Shown here: positions 62,747 to 64,000 of the stretch, piece by piece | Position numbering within the stretch: the first letter of the stretch is position 1 | Layout: each line of letters begins with the position of its first letter | NCBI GenBank assembly: GCA_963662285.2 | Contig: CAXXMV010000002.1 | Location: 768,001 to 832,000 of the forward strand | Direction: 5' to 3' | Length of the DNA: 64,000 nucleotides | Origin: a bacterium | GTDB taxonomy: Bacteria; Hinthialibacterota; Hinthialibacteria; Hinthialibacterales; Hinthialibacteraceae | Notes under the pieces: model-generated | Told to the model about the DNA's origin: nothing | Databases searched by the model: none | Seen by the model: only the letters and a program-made list of their open reading frames with translations | Program-made: the position numbers and the translations under genes

Positions 62747-63805
62747 TTACTTAACTTCCAGCATATGATTAATCGCAACCAGCGCTTTTTTGGCAATTTC
62801 AGGGTCAACCGTAACTTCATATACTTCATTCTCAAGACTATAGAGAATCTTTTCCAAGGTAATCAGTTGCATGTGCTTACAAAACATGCTGCATGATTTT
62901 ACGAAGTCAACTTCGGGGTATTCAACCGCCAGATTGGCCGCCATCTCGCATTCGGTGGCCAGATAAACCCGCTTCAGCTGCGGATGATCTTCAATGTATT
63001 TGCACATCTGAGTAGTGCTGCCATAGAAATCCGCTTCTCTCAGAACCTCCGGTGGACATTCCCAATGCACCAGCACCGCAGTCTCGTCGCCGCCTTTGGG
63101 CATCTCGTGCTGTTGTCGGATATCCAAAATCATTTTTCTGGTAAATTTTTCATGAACCTCGCAAGCCGCGAATCGGTTATCTTCCTTACCTGGGTAGATA
63201 ATCTCCAATCCCTGCGATTCCAGGTCGCTCTGTAGATTAGCGCCCATCAACGAATCGGGGAAAAAGATCACCCGGTTCGTCTTGAATTCCCTCGCCGCAT
63301 GTTGCACAACCTTGGCGCCATTGGCCGAAGTGCAGCAATAGTCGCTCTCCGCTTTAATGTCGGCGTAACTGTTAACATAGGTCACCACCGGCGATCCGGG
63401 GTATCGTTTTCTATATTCGCGCACAACTTCCGCCGAAAAAGGCTCCGCCAGACTGCAACCGGCATTGAGATCAGCTATCAGCACCTTTTTGTCTGGGCTG
63501 AGAATCTTGGCGGTTTCAGCCATAAACTTTACCCCGTCAAACAGTATGATGGGTTTATCGGTTTCAGCTGCCCGTCGCGCCAATCCCAGAGAGTCTCCGC
63601 GTTCCTGCTCGCCGGATAACTGGTAAACCAGAGGCGCCATGTAGTTATGTCCCAAAATAAGCACATTTTTGGCTTCTTTTAGTTGGATAATTTTTGCTAT
63701 AAGGTCTTTGTTGGCTTGAAATTCAAGATGCTGGTCAGGTGATGATTGCAAAGCCTGATCGATCTTATCCAATTGCGCGTTATTGAGCTGCGCATGTGCG
63801 TCCAT
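62747..63805 (-). CDS. nadA: Quinolinate synthase A
   Basis: ILGHNYM, GDSL.LA, GV.FMAETAKILSP.K.VL, AGCSLA, YVNS, CTSAN, CEVH, H.EC, ST, C.HM. Confidence 0.95.
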   Translation of the reverse strand: MDAHAQLNNAQLDKIDQALQSSPDQHLEFQANKDLIAKIIQLKEAKNVLILGHNYMAPLVYQLSGEQERGDSLGLARRAAETDKPIILFDGVKFMAETAKILSPDKKVLIADLNAGCSLAEPFSAEVVREYRKRYPGSPVVTYVNSYADIKAESDYCCTSANGAKVVQHAAREFKTNRVIFFPDSLMGANLQSDLESQGLEIIYPGKEDNRFAACEVHEKFTRKMILDIRQQHEMPKGGDETAVLVHWECPPEVLREADFYGSTTQMCKYIEDHPQLKRVYLATECEMAANLAVEYPEVDFVKSCSMFCKHMQLITLEKILYSLENEVYEVTVDPEIAKKALVAINHMLEVK

Positions 63806-64000
63806 CGGAACCTCCGGCTAAATAATTGCGGAAAGATTTTTGTTATTACGTTAAATCAACTTGCGCATATTCGAAAATAAGCAGCGAAAACGCGAATTTT
63901 CTTCCCTCGATAACGCAAATTGAATTAACTTTATCCTAATAAATACAGTATACATCATAAGAATTAAAATCACAGAAGAATAAAGAGAAGGAATTAAGAT

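Noticed and set aside
63806-64000. NAD+ riboswitch upstream of nadA
   Set aside because: The AT-rich leader has no recognisable stems or conserved sequence of the nadA motif; an Rfam scan would settle it.

Overview
A 64 kb window from a diderm bacterium (complete tolQRAB-pal locus, long PVC/spirochaete-type GreA, many Sec/Tat-exported sugar enzymes). The short C-terminal W-x-L-Y/F tails suggest, tentatively, a Hinthialibacterota/Sumerlaeota-like lineage. Left end (1-9 kb): an AT-rich ABC-dependent glycan locus with wzm/wzt, a >956-aa methyltransferase-methyltransferase-coiled coil-GT2 gene that the ORF track missed, and an animal-FUK-like fucokinase. 9-20 kb: a decayed accessory region with a prophage remnant (XRE repressor, ERF recombinase), an internally deleted IS, secreted proteins, and a DNRLRE-metzincin pseudogene with a partner gene. 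20-47 kb: mostly core genes (hemL, ndk, greA, tadA, fapA, tol-pal, secG-pgk-gap, an ECF/anti-sigma pair, three tRNAs, an integrase relic). 47-64 kb: exported hydrolases separated by REP-like mosaics, a DUF6916 + two tail-collar + large secreted protein operon, and nadA. Most notable: (i) a shared 9-residue C-terminal motif [ST]-x-[VI]-x-x-[WF]-x-L-[YF] on three unrelated secreted proteins, a candidate undescribed sorting signal; (ii) a tandem-repeat molecular-ruler glycan synthase; (iii) the animal-like fucokinase with an intact pyrophosphorylase motif; (iv) the non-phage tail-collar module; (v) a 121-bp MITE carrying paired NrdR-box-like motifs. All family assignments are by eye and from recalled motifs; no searches were run.
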